Positions 1 to 9,405 of a stretch of 28,837 bases of DNA are shown here, in pieces. The notes under the pieces were generated by a model. That model was given only the letters and a program-made list of their open reading frames with translations, was not told where the DNA came from and did not search any database. This stretch comes from a virus (taxonomy: Duplodnaviria; Caudoviricetes). Location of the stretch: the IMG/VR virus record IMGVR_UViG_3300025168_000463, positions 1 to 28,837 of that record. The stretch is one strand, 5' to 3'. A program made the translations under genes and the position numbers. Every line of letters begins with the position of its first letter. Position 1 is the stretch's first letter.

Positions 1-387
1 TATGGTATATCTGAACGTGAAATACTTATGGTTGGTGCTAAAGAAAGTAGTCTTATGACCAACCCTGCAGCAAAGAACATGTTTCAAATATTAGCTACAC
101 CTGCTAAAGAAGCAGGAATTGATCTCAAGAAATTAAACAATTCTAATAATCCAGTGGATCAGTTAAACGCTCTAGAAAAATATTTAGATCGATGGAATTA
201 CGCAGAGTATAACGGATCAGTTCCTTTAGGTCTGTTGATTGCTGCACCTTCAGCAAGAGATAAAGACAAAGATTTTGTAGTATATAAAGAGGGAAGTAAA
301 GCACTAGAAGGAAACCCTAAGTGGGCAGGTGAAGATGGAAATGCTACAGTAGAAAGTATTACTAAATTTTATAGAGGTGACGCATAA
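1..387 (+). CDS. 5'-truncated virion/ejection protein with a C-terminal lysozyme-like (lytic transglycosylase) domain
   Basis: Frame is open from base 1 (YGISEREILMVGAKESS...). The KESS...NPAAKNMFQI...NPVDQLNALEKYL pattern resembles the catalytic ES and GLMQ-like motifs of SLT domains. Sits among large virion genes. Confidence 0.55.
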   Translation, partial: YGISEREILMVGAKESSLMTNPAAKNMFQILATPAKEAGIDLKKLNNSNNPVDQLNALEKYLDRWNYAEYNGSVPLGLLIAAPSARDKDKDFVVYKEGSKALEGNPKWAGEDGNATVESITKFYRGDA

Positions 388-926
388 TGTCTGAAGTATT
401 CAACAGACCTATTCCAGGGCAATCCCTAACAGATGAACCCAAGAACTATCCTTGGGAAAGACCCCCAGAAATAACAGAACCTAACGAGGTAGTGAGATAT
501 CACCTTGATAGGATCTCTGATCCAGAGGTAATAGATAATATCTTCTACGCTCTTGATATGGGTATACCAGTAAAGGTTCTCACTGATTCAATGATGACAG
601 GTGCAGTAGGAAAAGGTGTTCACGATATTGACAAAAGTTTGTTAGTTGAACGTATAGTCCGTAAGGCAGTAATGAAAATGGCTGACGCTGCAGGTGTAGA
701 ATACAAAGAAACTTTTGCTAAAGAAGAATTATCAGCAACAGAAAAAGCTGCTATGCTAGTAAGGGCTGTTGACAAAACTCCTGAAGAAGAACGTGATAAA
801 GGTTTTGAACTTTTAAAAGAGATAAGTGAAACAGCAACATCAGAAGCAGAACCTGACGAAGAGTCTGACATGATAGATGATGATGTTGTTGTTGAAGATA
901 AACCTAAAGGTTTGATGGCGAGGTAG
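387..926 (+). CDS. Conserved podovirus protein, probable internal virion protein
   Basis: TAATG coupling to the previous ORF, N-terminal RPIPGQSLTDEPKNYPWERPP motif, acidic tail ending KPKGLMAR. The virion role is inferred from position. Confidence 0.5.
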   Translation: MSEVFNRPIPGQSLTDEPKNYPWERPPEITEPNEVVRYHLDRISDPEVIDNIFYALDMGIPVKVLTDSMMTGAVGKGVHDIDKSLLVERIVRKAVMKMADAAGVEYKETFAKEELSATEKAAMLVRAVDKTPEEERDKGFELLKEISETATSEAEPDEESDMIDDDVVVEDKPKGLMAR

Positions 927-930
927 TAAG

Positions 931-1896
931 ATGGGTTTTTTTGGTAGGGTTACTGCAGGTGCTTTCCTTGGCGGTCTAGCTGAGGACATGAAAGAAAACA
1001 GACAATACACAAAAGAGAAAAAAGATAATATAAAAGAGTATCTTACTCAACGTGGCATTGAACGTAGACAAGAAGTAAATAAGTTTCGTGACTTGCTTGA
1101 CAGGTCTGTAGATTATTTACAATCTAAAGATTTAGATAACAGATCTATTAATGCTTTGCTTACCGACAATCCAAGAGAAGTTCTTAGGCTTGCTAAAGCT
1201 GCACAAGCAGCAGAAGAAGAGGGTAGGCTTTCAAGCAATATTCTTAAACAAGCTGTTGAGGTTGCTTCAGACTTTCAAGGGGGTGATCTAACTCCGTCAG
1301 AGTTAATTAAGAAAGCTACTCCTTACTTTGAAAAAGGAGATATGGGTGAAAGACCAGAGCAGGTTGAGCAGAACTTACTACAAAAAATGTTTGGTGAGAA
1401 ATCATCACAAGATATTATGTATGATGCCTACGGTGAAAGTATCTTTGGTGACGTAACTGGTGCTGATGTTTTTGCTAGTATGTCTGCTTCACCTATAAGA
1501 GGAAGAAAGAAAGACTCAACAACTAAAGTAGATCTTGGAGTCCTGTCGGATGATGCAGGGTTTGATCGTGACTTGTTAGAGGATGCAAGGGATGAGCTTT
1601 ATAGATCCTATGATAAGTGGTTAATAAATGAAAAAGAGCGACTAAAAAATCAGAAAGAAGATGCTGCAAATGCAGATATAGAAGCAGATATTGATATTCA
1701 GATAAACAATCTATTAACAGTAGAGAGAGAATTTGGAAGTGATCCTTATCAGTATTATTATCAACTAATGTTAATACACAAAGACCTTGCTCAAAACTGG
1801 TTTAATACTAGACCAACTTACAGGGCGGCTCTATTAGATACAGCTTACTTTCCAGATGGAACGGCTGAACTTTTTGGGGATACAGAAGAAGAATGA
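931..1896 (+). CDS. Probable internal virion (ejection) protein, 321 aa
   Basis: GAGG SD, Gly/Ala-rich N-terminus (AGAFLGGLA) followed by helical charged sequence, directly upstream of the 1178-aa ORF. Confidence 0.5.
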   Translation: MGFFGRVTAGAFLGGLAEDMKENRQYTKEKKDNIKEYLTQRGIERRQEVNKFRDLLDRSVDYLQSKDLDNRSINALLTDNPREVLRLAKAAQAAEEEGRLSSNILKQAVEVASDFQGGDLTPSELIKKATPYFEKGDMGERPEQVEQNLLQKMFGEKSSQDIMYDAYGESIFGDVTGADVFASMSASPIRGRKKDSTTKVDLGVLSDDAGFDRDLLEDARDELYRSYDKWLINEKERLKNQKEDAANADIEADIDIQINNLLTVEREFGSDPYQYYYQLMLIHKDLAQNWFNTRPTYRAALLDTAYFPDGTAELFGDTEEE

Positions 1897-4800
1897 GTAC
1901 TTATCAAGAACGTAAAAAAAGAATAGATGAGTACTTCCAGGGAGGTGGAGGCACAGGAAGACCAACTGAAATAAAAAAGCAGGAGGGTCTTTCTCTTATT
2001 GAAACGTTATCTATTGATGATAACTACGGCATCATTAAAGATTATATGTCTGATCGATTCGGTATGGAAGAAACTGAGTACGATAAAAGAAAGATCATTG
2101 ACTCTTACATAAATCAAATGAGAAAGTTTAACGCAGGTCAATCTGTTGTTGCTGTTACTGAGTTGACACATCTTAACTCAGGAGAGGGTGATGAACTTGA
2201 TGCTAGACGTGCAAAGGCTTCTCAAGCTTACGAGTTGTTTGACAGTCTTGGTGGTGCTTTCAGTAAGGACAGAACAGTAGGAGAGAAGCTAGATGCTGTA
2301 GGTGACTACGCAAGAGCACTTGTAGTTGACCCACTAAATTTAGTGTCTCTTGGTGCAGGTAAGTTGGCTGCTGCAGGAACTGCTAGAGTAGCAGTACAAG
2401 GTTCAAAAAAATTAGCTTTAATAGGAGCAAAAGACTTAGCTTTTAGAGCAGGTAGATTAGCAGCTAGTAACGCTGCTAAACAAGGATTAAAGAAACCTGT
2501 TGTTCAAAGGATTCAAAGGGAAGCAACACAGAAAGCTTTTCAAGAAGCTCTAAAGAAATCAAAAAGAAAAGTAATACTAGATAAAGCAGACAGAAAAGCT
2601 GTGCTTGGTAGCCTTAAGTTTGATATTGGTGCTGCAGGTATTGTTGATTATACTCAGCAAAAATCTGAAGTAGCTTCAGGATTTAAAGATGAACTAGATT
2701 TTTTTCAGACAGGGTTATCGGCTGTAACAACTGGTCTTGTTGGTGGTGGTCTTGCACAAGCAGGTTTTATATACAGTAAAAAATTAAATAAGAATATACC
2801 TCTTGCTTCTATTGAGTTAGACAGGTCTTCTCAAATTCAAAAAAGTTTAGATGATAGCTTAAACAAGTTAAGTAAGAAAGACAGAAAAAAAATACTTGCT
2901 AGTGCAGACGTAACTAAAGCTTTACTTCAACTTAAAGAAAACACTAGTAAGTGGGCGCAGAAAGTTGCAGACGGTAAAGAGTTAGCTAAAGTTTCTGAAG
3001 ATCCTAAAGCTTCTATTGATTATGATACTGAGTTTGCTGTTATGTTCTTTAATGGTAAGAAGGACGTTCAACTAGAAAGAGCAGACGATGCAGGGTTTCA
3101 AGGTCTTGTTCAGATACTAGCAAAAGCAGGTTACAAAAAACCACCTGATATGAGATTTACACATTTCTTAGGAGAGGCTTTTGAGGATCTATCAAAAGAA
3201 AACAAGGACATTGTTCTTGATGCTTACGATGCTTTAAAGAAATCATCAGACCAACTAAAAGATTTTAACTTTGAAGAGTTTATAAAGTTAGATGCTGCTG
3301 CAACTTCTAAAGCAGGTCAGATACTTCAGATTAAATCTCAGGGTCAACAGCTAATGAACAAGCTTGGTCTAGATGAACCAACACCGGAGCAAGTGGCACA
3401 GGCTGTAATAGATCCTGTCAATAAAACTACTTACGAAAAAATAAAAACAGGAGCAGTAGATTTTCAAAGTTATCTTATAAGATCTATTATTACACACCCT
3501 GGAACAACAGCATTAAACATATATGGTTGGAAAGCTGCTACTATAAATCAAAGTATTTCAGATATGTTAAGAGCAGGTTTGTATAGTGGCAATGCTCTAA
3601 TTAAAACTGTTGGAGGTGATATAGAGAACGCTGCTAAGTATAAAAAATTAGCTGTGTCTATGATGGATCTTCAAAGGCAGAAGGTCAGAAACATGGTTGA
3701 CCCCTTTGGAACAAAGGATCAAATCTTAGATTACATGGCTGTAAGACCAGAAGCACAAAAAGAAATATTCAGGTATCTTAATGGTGGTGTTGAAGTCAAA
3801 GGTATTCTTGACGAATTTGAAATGAACCCTGCCAACATTAAAGATAAAAAATTTCCTCAAAAAGCTAATGAATTATTTGAAACTTTATACGCTGTTAAAG
3901 CTCAAGACTTTATCACAAAGACTCAAGAGTTTGCGTATGCCATAGATAAACAAATAAGAATAAAATACGGAAAAACTTTTAATGAGTTCTTGCAGGATGA
4001 TGAGCTAGTAAAGTATCTATCAAAGCCTGGAACAGACATGTTCAAAGAGTTTGCAGAGATAGAAGCTAGAGCAGTTCAAGATGCTTTGCGTAATACCTTC
4101 TCAAAGAAGTACGGTGGTAATGATGGCTTTCTACAACAAACTGCAAACTTTATAGAGAATATTAGAAACTACCCTGGGGTTGGGGTGCTTGCACCCTTTG
4201 GGCAGTTTTGGAATAACAGTATGGCTTTTATGTTTGATCATTCTGGTATTAGTCTTATGAATAAGTACACGTTAAGAGCAGGTGGAAAAGAGGCACAAAG
4301 TAGAGACACTATGGATTTGTTTACTAAAGCTGCTGTTGGTTGGGGTGCTCTTACTATCGGAGCTTTCAAACAATATGAGAATTTAGAAGAGGGTCTTGCT
4401 TGGTACGAAGATAGAGATGACTCTGGTGCAGTAGTAAGTTATCTTTATGAGTACCCAAGGAACGTACCAATGTTGGTAGGTAGGATGGTTGCACACCAGT
4501 ACAGAGATGGTGCAGTACCCACTGATTTACTCAAAGCTTTTGGTGACAACTTTGGTACTCGTGCTTTAACAAGAGATTTTGGTGACGCATATGGTGCAGT
4601 GATGAAAGGTTTTCAGTTAGCTGCAGAAGCTCAAGATCAAGAAGTACTTAGTCTATCAGGACAATTTGCAGGTGAAATTTTTTCACAGTACGCATCTGGT
4701 CTTACGAGGAGGCTTGAACCAGTTAATCAAACACTTGCTATGCTTAGAGGTGAGGACTACGAGGTAGTAGATAAAAAACAAGGGGTTAAATTTGTTAATG

Positions 4801-5429
4801 ATTCCTTGAGATACACTGATGAAATATTTGATTGGGTGCTTAGTGTTGCAGATGCTGAGGAAGCAAGAGAGTTATTAGGTAAAGGTGGCAAAGACAAAAA
4901 AGAAAAGGCTTTGTCAGACGAGCCTTTGCCTGTACCTATAGGAAAAATTGTAGGGTATCGAGAAGTTCAACCTTCCTCAACAATTGAAAAACTTTTTAAC
5001 GATATTGGTAGACCTAACTGGAGTACAGGAATAAGAAACAAATCTCCTGAAGCTATCAATCATTACAATAAATATGTAAGACCTCAGATAGAAATGTTAG
5101 CTGATGTTGTTCTTTATAATAATGATTGGGATAGTATGTCTCTAACAGACAAACAAAACTCTGTTAAAGCTATCTTGAGGGTAGCTAATACAAATACTAA
5201 AAAAGCAATTAAACAATCTTTAGATCCTAACGAAAAGAAAACAAGTCTTATCTTCTCTATAAAAGGTGCAAGCTCAAAAGAAAGTTTGAGAAAAGCTTTG
5301 GAATATTTTGACGTTTCTGAAAAGAATTTGTTTGAGCTAGATGTAAATCAACTTTACATTCTTGAAGACATGGTAAAAAGATTTGAGAAAGATATTAGAG
5401 GAACAGGTAAAAGGTTAGGGATAGAATAA
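1893..5429 (+). CDS. Large internal virion/ejection protein, 1178 aa
   Basis: Very long, mostly helical ORF with Ala/Gly-rich hydrophobic segments (DPLNLVSLGAGKLAAAG), ATGA overlap, and last position in the virion arm, as is usual for large podovirus core proteins. Confidence 0.65.
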   Translation: MSTYQERKKRIDEYFQGGGGTGRPTEIKKQEGLSLIETLSIDDNYGIIKDYMSDRFGMEETEYDKRKIIDSYINQMRKFNAGQSVVAVTELTHLNSGEGDELDARRAKASQAYELFDSLGGAFSKDRTVGEKLDAVGDYARALVVDPLNLVSLGAGKLAAAGTARVAVQGSKKLALIGAKDLAFRAGRLAASNAAKQGLKKPVVQRIQREATQKAFQEALKKSKRKVILDKADRKAVLGSLKFDIGAAGIVDYTQQKSEVASGFKDELDFFQTGLSAVTTGLVGGGLAQAGFIYSKKLNKNIPLASIELDRSSQIQKSLDDSLNKLSKKDRKKILASADVTKALLQLKENTSKWAQKVADGKELAKVSEDPKASIDYDTEFAVMFFNGKKDVQLERADDAGFQGLVQILAKAGYKKPPDMRFTHFLGEAFEDLSKENKDIVLDAYDALKKSSDQLKDFNFEEFIKLDAAATSKAGQILQIKSQGQQLMNKLGLDEPTPEQVAQAVIDPVNKTTYEKIKTGAVDFQSYLIRSIITHPGTTALNIYGWKAATINQSISDMLRAGLYSGNALIKTVGGDIENAAKYKKLAVSMMDLQRQKVRNMVDPFGTKDQILDYMAVRPEAQKEIFRYLNGGVEVKGILDEFEMNPANIKDKKFPQKANELFETLYAVKAQDFITKTQEFAYAIDKQIRIKYGKTFNEFLQDDELVKYLSKPGTDMFKEFAEIEARAVQDALRNTFSKKYGGNDGFLQQTANFIENIRNYPGVGVLAPFGQFWNNSMAFMFDHSGISLMNKYTLRAGGKEAQSRDTMDLFTKAAVGWGALTIGAFKQYENLEEGLAWYEDRDDSGAVVSYLYEYPRNVPMLVGRMVAHQYRDGAVPTDLLKAFGDNFGTRALTRDFGDAYGAVMKGFQLAAEAQDQEVLSLSGQFAGEIFSQYASGLTRRLEPVNQTLAMLRGEDYEVVDKKQGVKFVNDSLRYTDEIFDWVLSVADAEEARELLGKGGKDKKEKALSDEPLPVPIGKIVGYREVQPSSTIEKLFNDIGRPNWSTGIRNKSPEAINHYNKYVRPQIEMLADVVLYNNDWDSMSLTDKQNSVKAILRVANTNTKKAIKQSLDPNEKKTSLIFSIKGASSKESLRKALEYFDVSEKNLFELDVNQLYILEDMVKRFEKDIRGTGKRLGIE

Positions 5430-5459
5430 AAAAAACCCCCAGACTTAACTGAGGGTTTT
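5428..5459. terminator. Bidirectional rho-independent terminator between the two convergent genome arms
   Basis: A8-CCCCCAG-ACTTAA-CTGAGGG-TTTT. On the - strand the stem is fully paired (one G-U) and followed by U8. On the + strand it has one C/A mismatch and is followed by TTTTAGTTT. Confidence 0.9.
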
Positions 5460-5462
5460 AGT

Positions 5463-5687
5463 TTAAGAAGATTTATCTCTACTCTTTTTATATTCAAGCA
5501 TAAGTTTTGAGTACTTGTATGCTTGGTTTACAATCTCTTCTGATCGTAGATACTTTCCAGATCCTAGCAAACCAGACAGTGCAGCACCTGCAAAGTAATC
5601 CCTACTTGGTATATCACCAGTAGGAATCTCTTCTTTTATGAACTCTTGAGCTTCTTGTTCAAGGGTTTTTTTATTATCTTTACTCAT
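5463..5687 (-). CDS. Small phage protein with RDYFAxxAL motif
   Basis: SRDYFAGAALSGLL is a motif common in small phage proteins of unknown function; ATGA-type overlap with the upstream gene. Confidence 0.6.
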   Translation of the reverse strand: MSKDNKKTLEQEAQEFIKEEIPTGDIPSRDYFAGAALSGLLGSGKYLRSEEIVNQAYKYSKLMLEYKKSRDKSS

Positions 5688-5995
5688 TTATGTTTTTCAA
5701 CCCACCTCTTACGAAGACGGTTTAAGTACCAGATAGCTTTGTCTATATCTTCTAGACCGTTCTTTTGTTCACACCTCCACATATACTTAAGAACGTTAGC
5801 AGCGTGAGGGGCAATAGCACCTGACATATTTTCTGTCATAGCTTCAATGGCTTCAATACACTCCAACTTTGATTGGTTGTAATGTATTGGTTTATTTACT
5901 GGATCAATACTCAAACACTCTCCACACTCATCATTATCATCTAAAAGGTTACCACACTTTTCGCAGTACCACGAACTTAGCTTTCCCCACTGCAT
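5684..5995 (-). CDS. DUF3310 (T7 gp1.7 nucleotide kinase-like) protein with N-terminal Zn ribbon
   Basis: DPVNKPIHY...ECIEAI...NVLKYMWR...KNGLEDIDKAIWYL is the DUF3310 signature; CEKC...CGEC at the N-terminus. Confidence 0.85.
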   Translation of the reverse strand: MQWGKLSSWYCEKCGNLLDDNDECGECLSIDPVNKPIHYNQSKLECIEAIEAMTENMSGAIAPHAANVLKYMWRCEQKNGLEDIDKAIWYLNRLRKRWVEKHK

Positions 5996-5997
5996 TA

Positions 5998-6489
5998 CTA
6001 TTCCTTATCAATAATAATTAATTCTGCTTCAGTGTAGGGTATGTGATAGAATGTTTCTCGCCTGTCAACTCTTGCAAAGGAAGGTTTCTTAATAACATCA
6101 TCAGTCATCTGAACTCCTTTTACTTTCCAAGCTTTAGTATACTCACAGTTGAGAACATAGAAAAACAAGTTATCTATTTCGTCTTGATACTTTTTAACTA
6201 ATCTTTGTTTTCTTCCTGGGATTCTAACTTCTTCCCATTGAGAAGGCCATCGACTATCTGGTAATAAAGTAAACCCTCTATTACTTAAGTAGTCTTCACC
6301 CCACTGTGCCTTACGTTCAACCTCGTGGTAATAAGTTTTACCATCCTTGATTGAAACAACATCAGCATTATAATCTTCTTCTGTTGATAGTATCTCATGC
6401 CCTTCTGATTTTAAATATTTTATAAGGGCTTGCTTTGAAGGTTCGTTGACCTCGTTATAAACATCTGCTCTAAATTTTCTTCTGTACAT
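5998..6489 (-). CDS. Putative PD-(D/E)xK restriction-endonuclease-fold protein
   Basis: Helix with Glu, then ADVV...HEVERK (D...ExExK), IPGRK and FFYVLN strand. Confidence 0.55.
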   Translation of the reverse strand: MYRRKFRADVYNEVNEPSKQALIKYLKSEGHEILSTEEDYNADVVSIKDGKTYYHEVERKAQWGEDYLSNRGFTLLPDSRWPSQWEEVRIPGRKQRLVKKYQDEIDNLFFYVLNCEYTKAWKVKGVQMTDDVIKKPSFARVDRRETFYHIPYTEAELIIIDKE

Positions 6490-6685
6490 ACTGCCTCCGT
6501 TTTAGCTCGCATAGTAGAAGTTGTTGCTCATAGTCAGACATTATAGGCCAATTCCTTATTTCGTCAATAGTTCTTTTACAAGCTAGGCATAAACCATCAT
6601 CACCTATTTCACAGACTTTTTCACAGGGTGATGGAGTGCTCCCAAATCTAGGAGCAATCCCCCTGCGTACATGAGGTATGCTCAT
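6470..6685 (-). CDS. DUF1289 family Cys-rich (predicted Fe-S) protein
   Basis: SPCEKVC...GLCLACKRTIDEIRNW matches the DUF1289 pattern SPCxxxC...CxGCxRTxxEIxxW. Confidence 0.85.
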   Translation of the reverse strand: MSIPHVRRGIAPRFGSTPSPCEKVCEIGDDGLCLACKRTIDEIRNWPIMSDYEQQLLLCELKRRQYVQKKI

Positions 6686-8439
6686 TCACACTTACGAAGT
6701 CCTGTTGTAGGATCAAAGTAACAAGCACCACCCTCATCTATGAAGTCTTGTGTCTCCTCAATGACATCTTCATCTACTATTTCTTCAGAGGAAGAGGAGC
6801 TAAGTATTCCCATACGTTTTCCTGACGCTCTAAAAGTTGTACATCCAGAAGCACCGCCATCGTAGGCATCCATGTAAATCTTTTTAAAGTCTTCCCAGGA
6901 TACATCATCGCCAACGTTACAGGTTTTACTACAAGCAGAGTCAACAAACTTAGAAGCAACATTAAGAACTTTAACGTGGTCAAACACTGACAGTTCGTTA
7001 GCTGTTTTACCTTCTACTTTAAAGACACGATAGCCGTAGTCTTCTACTCTCTCAGTTCTTTCACCGTCAAACTCTTGAATCTTTCTGTCATAAAAAAGAT
7101 TGTAAGGTGGTTCAATACCAGAAGAAACATTGTCTGCTGACAAACTTATAGTTCCTGTTGGAGCTACAGATAACAAGTGACTGTTACGAATACCAAAGTC
7201 ACTTATTAAATCTCTTATGTTATCTGGTAACGTCTTTGCAAAATCAGAGTCAAGGTAGGCTTGAGTAAACAAAGGAAAAGCACCCTTTTCAATAGCAAGC
7301 TCAACAGAAGTTGTGTAAGCTACATCTCTTATAACACCCATAATTTCTTCTAAAGTCTGCAAGAATCTTTCACTGCCATAATGAAACCCTAAAGCTTCAA
7401 TAGCGTTAGCCACACCAGTAACACCAAGACCCATACGCCTTTTGCTTTTAGCTTCTAGCTCTTGTTCTCTCAGTGGGTAGGTTGCCCTATCTACAACGTT
7501 GTCCATTGCTCTGACAACATGCGGAATGTCATTACGAAGTTGGTTCATGTTGAACACGTACTTACCCTCGTGATCAATGACGTACTTAACTAAGTTAAAA
7601 GATCCAAGAAGACATGCACCGTTTGGAGGTAAGGGTTGTTCACCACAAGGATTTGTAGCTGCTATTGTTTCGCAATAACGTAGATTGTTTTTGTTGTTGA
7701 TCCTGTCAATAAAAAGAATACCAGGTTCAGCCCAATCCCAAGTACTTCTCATGATCTTATCCCAGAGAGCACGAGCATCGACTGTCTTACGTACCTCTCC
7801 GTTAAACACTAGATCAAAGTCAGTACCTTCCTTTACGGCTGTCATAAACTTGTCAGTAACACCAACACTAAGATTGAAATCTGTGAGGGCAGTCATGTTG
7901 TTCTTAGCTGTAACAAACTCTTCAATGTCAGGGTGATCAACACGTAACACACCCATCTGTGCTCCACGTCTGTGACCTGCTGAAGCAATTGTTTTACATA
8001 CTGCATCAAAAATTCCCATGAAAGACATAGGACCAGATGATTTTGATTCCAAAGATTTTATCATTGCACCACGAGGACGTAGGGTAGAGAAGTCGTATCC
8101 GATACCACCACCTAGTCTCATTGTTTCCGCTGCACGTCTTGCGGCATCCATGATACCGTCCATGCTGTCTTCAATAGTTGTAGACACAAAACAGTTGTAA
8201 GGGGTCACACGTCTTGGTGCTCCCATAGCAGACTGCACCCTACCTGCAGGAAGGAAGCGTTGATTGTATAATATTGTTCTGAAGTTGTTGAAGTGACTTT
8301 CATTATCTTTAAGTGCTTCTGCCACACGGGTCATAGCATCTTTAAATGTTTCACCCTGTCCTCTATACTTCTCCTCGTGAATCCATTTTGAAACTTCTAG
8401 TGTTGGTCCATAGTCCTGTTCTACATTTGGTATGTTCAT
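6682..8439 (-). CDS. nrdJ: Class II (adenosylcobalamin-dependent) ribonucleotide reductase
   Basis: PAGR, YNCF, GGGIG, RRGAQM, TNPCGEQ, CLLGS, APTGTIS and SKTCN motifs, plus C-terminal Cys pair (GACYF...RKCE). No beta-subunit (nrdB) gene in the arm. Confidence 0.92.
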   Translation of the reverse strand: MNIPNVEQDYGPTLEVSKWIHEEKYRGQGETFKDAMTRVAEALKDNESHFNNFRTILYNQRFLPAGRVQSAMGAPRRVTPYNCFVSTTIEDSMDGIMDAARRAAETMRLGGGIGYDFSTLRPRGAMIKSLESKSSGPMSFMGIFDAVCKTIASAGHRRGAQMGVLRVDHPDIEEFVTAKNNMTALTDFNLSVGVTDKFMTAVKEGTDFDLVFNGEVRKTVDARALWDKIMRSTWDWAEPGILFIDRINNKNNLRYCETIAATNPCGEQPLPPNGACLLGSFNLVKYVIDHEGKYVFNMNQLRNDIPHVVRAMDNVVDRATYPLREQELEAKSKRRMGLGVTGVANAIEALGFHYGSERFLQTLEEIMGVIRDVAYTTSVELAIEKGAFPLFTQAYLDSDFAKTLPDNIRDLISDFGIRNSHLLSVAPTGTISLSADNVSSGIEPPYNLFYDRKIQEFDGERTERVEDYGYRVFKVEGKTANELSVFDHVKVLNVASKFVDSACSKTCNVGDDVSWEDFKKIYMDAYDGGASGCTTFRASGKRMGILSSSSSEEIVDEDVIEETQDFIDEGGACYFDPTTGLRKCE

Positions 8440-8816
8440 CTGTAATCTCCCGATCCTTTTATTGTTCCACGTTTCTCTCTACTGTCTAGCTTCTTCATGT
8501 TTTCTTTTACTACGTCATCAAGCTTTATATCTAAATGATTTAGTAAGCCTATAAAATAAAAAAACATATCCCCTGCTTCCAGTGTGACACCCTGTTTGTC
8601 TAGGGGTGTGTCATCTCTCTTATGTTTCTTTAGCTTCTCAAAGAACTCTCCTGTCTCTCCTATCAAACCCATAGTATTCTCTAAGAATCTTTTGTCACCA
8701 GAGGTAATCATTTTATTTTCTACCCACTCAGAGTAGTCCTCTAGATTGACTGGTTTGTTTTCCTCGAAAGCTTCAAAGTAACCCATGTCTTCTAAGTCTT
8801 GGTGTGTTAACATCAT
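8436..8816 (-). CDS. mazG: MazG-like nucleotide pyrophosphohydrolase
   Basis: GLIGETGEFFEKLKK...EAGD...NMKKLDSREKRGTIKGSGDYR is the phage MazG-like signature. Confidence 0.85.
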   Translation of the reverse strand: MMLTHQDLEDMGYFEAFEENKPVNLEDYSEWVENKMITSGDKRFLENTMGLIGETGEFFEKLKKHKRDDTPLDKQGVTLEAGDMFFYFIGLLNHLDIKLDDVVKENMKKLDSREKRGTIKGSGDYR

Positions 8817-8968
8817 TTCTCCTTTGCATCTATTTCTATAATTTTAACATCATCTAAATCATATATGGTGTCCTGAATCCTTTCTTCAAGACTCCTCTTT
8901 ATACTATCCGAAGCAATGAAGTTTGCTTCAGGATCTACATCTAATAGCATTGTCAATTCAAACAACAC
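8813..8968 (-). CDS. Unlisted 51-aa acidic protein (MLFELTMLLDVDPEANF...EIDAKEK)
   Basis: Read by hand: GGAGG SD, GTG start, and stop overlapping the mazG ATG (ATGA). Fills the gap exactly. Confidence 0.75.
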   Translation of the reverse strand: MLFELTMLLDVDPEANFIASDSIKRSLEERIQDTIYDLDDVKIIEIDAKEK

Positions 8969-8980
8969 GAGAACCTCCAA

Positions 8981-9008
8981 GTTATACAAGGTAAATTTAT
9001 TACGTCAA
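8981..9008 (-). promoter_or_regulatory. Sigma70-type promoter for the nucleotide-metabolism genes
   Basis: TTGACG-16 bp-TATAAC in the intergenic gap. Confidence 0.65.
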
Positions 9009-9009
9009 T

Positions 9010-9405
9010 CTATTCTTTTGTCCAATTGTCAGGAATAGATTTGTCTGCGTATCGAAAGCCGTACTTCTTGCACCAGTCTCCGTAAGAAGACTTAGCACCT
9101 TTGTAAAGCTTGGCTCTACTATTCTGAAAAACAAAACGAATATCTAACTCAGGAAATTGTTTTGATATCTCTTTATGTTTACGTCTATCATTAGCAACAA
9201 AGCGTCCTTTTGTTTCAATGATAATACCGTTGGATAAAACAAAGTCAGGTGTGTAAGTTCTAAGCTTTATATCAACCCACTTAATTTTATTCTTTTCGTA
9301 TTCAAAGTCTATGTCTTTTGAACGTAGTTCTCTAGCAACATCATCCTCAAAACCTGAGCGATACCCTGCTTTTATTGCTGATGCTCTGTACTTATTTTTG
9401 GTCAT
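9010..9405 (-). CDS. Endonuclease I (T7 gp3-like Holliday junction resolvase)
   Basis: GYRSGFE, YTPDF, IETKGRF, DRRKH, LDIRFVF and YGDWCKKYGF motifs. Start moved to MTKNKY (9405); the extension to 9528 lies inside the exonuclease gene. Confidence 0.92.
   Translation of the reverse strand: MTKNKYRASAIKAGYRSGFEDDVARELRSKDIDFEYEKNKIKWVDIKLRTYTPDFVLSNGIIIETKGRFVANDRRKHKEISKQFPELDIRFVFQNSRAKLYKGAKSSYGDWCKKYGFRYADKSIPDNWTKE

Noticed and set aside
5998-6489. Cognate restriction endonuclease of the C5-MTase
   Set aside because: It is 12 kb away in a different transcription unit, and nothing in the sequence links them. Kept only as an orphan nuclease-like gene.
6682-8439. Class I RNR alpha subunit, or a cobalamin riboswitch upstream
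   Set aside because: No nrdB, no ATP cone and no C-terminal YY pair. The upstream region is fully coding, leaving no room for a riboswitch.
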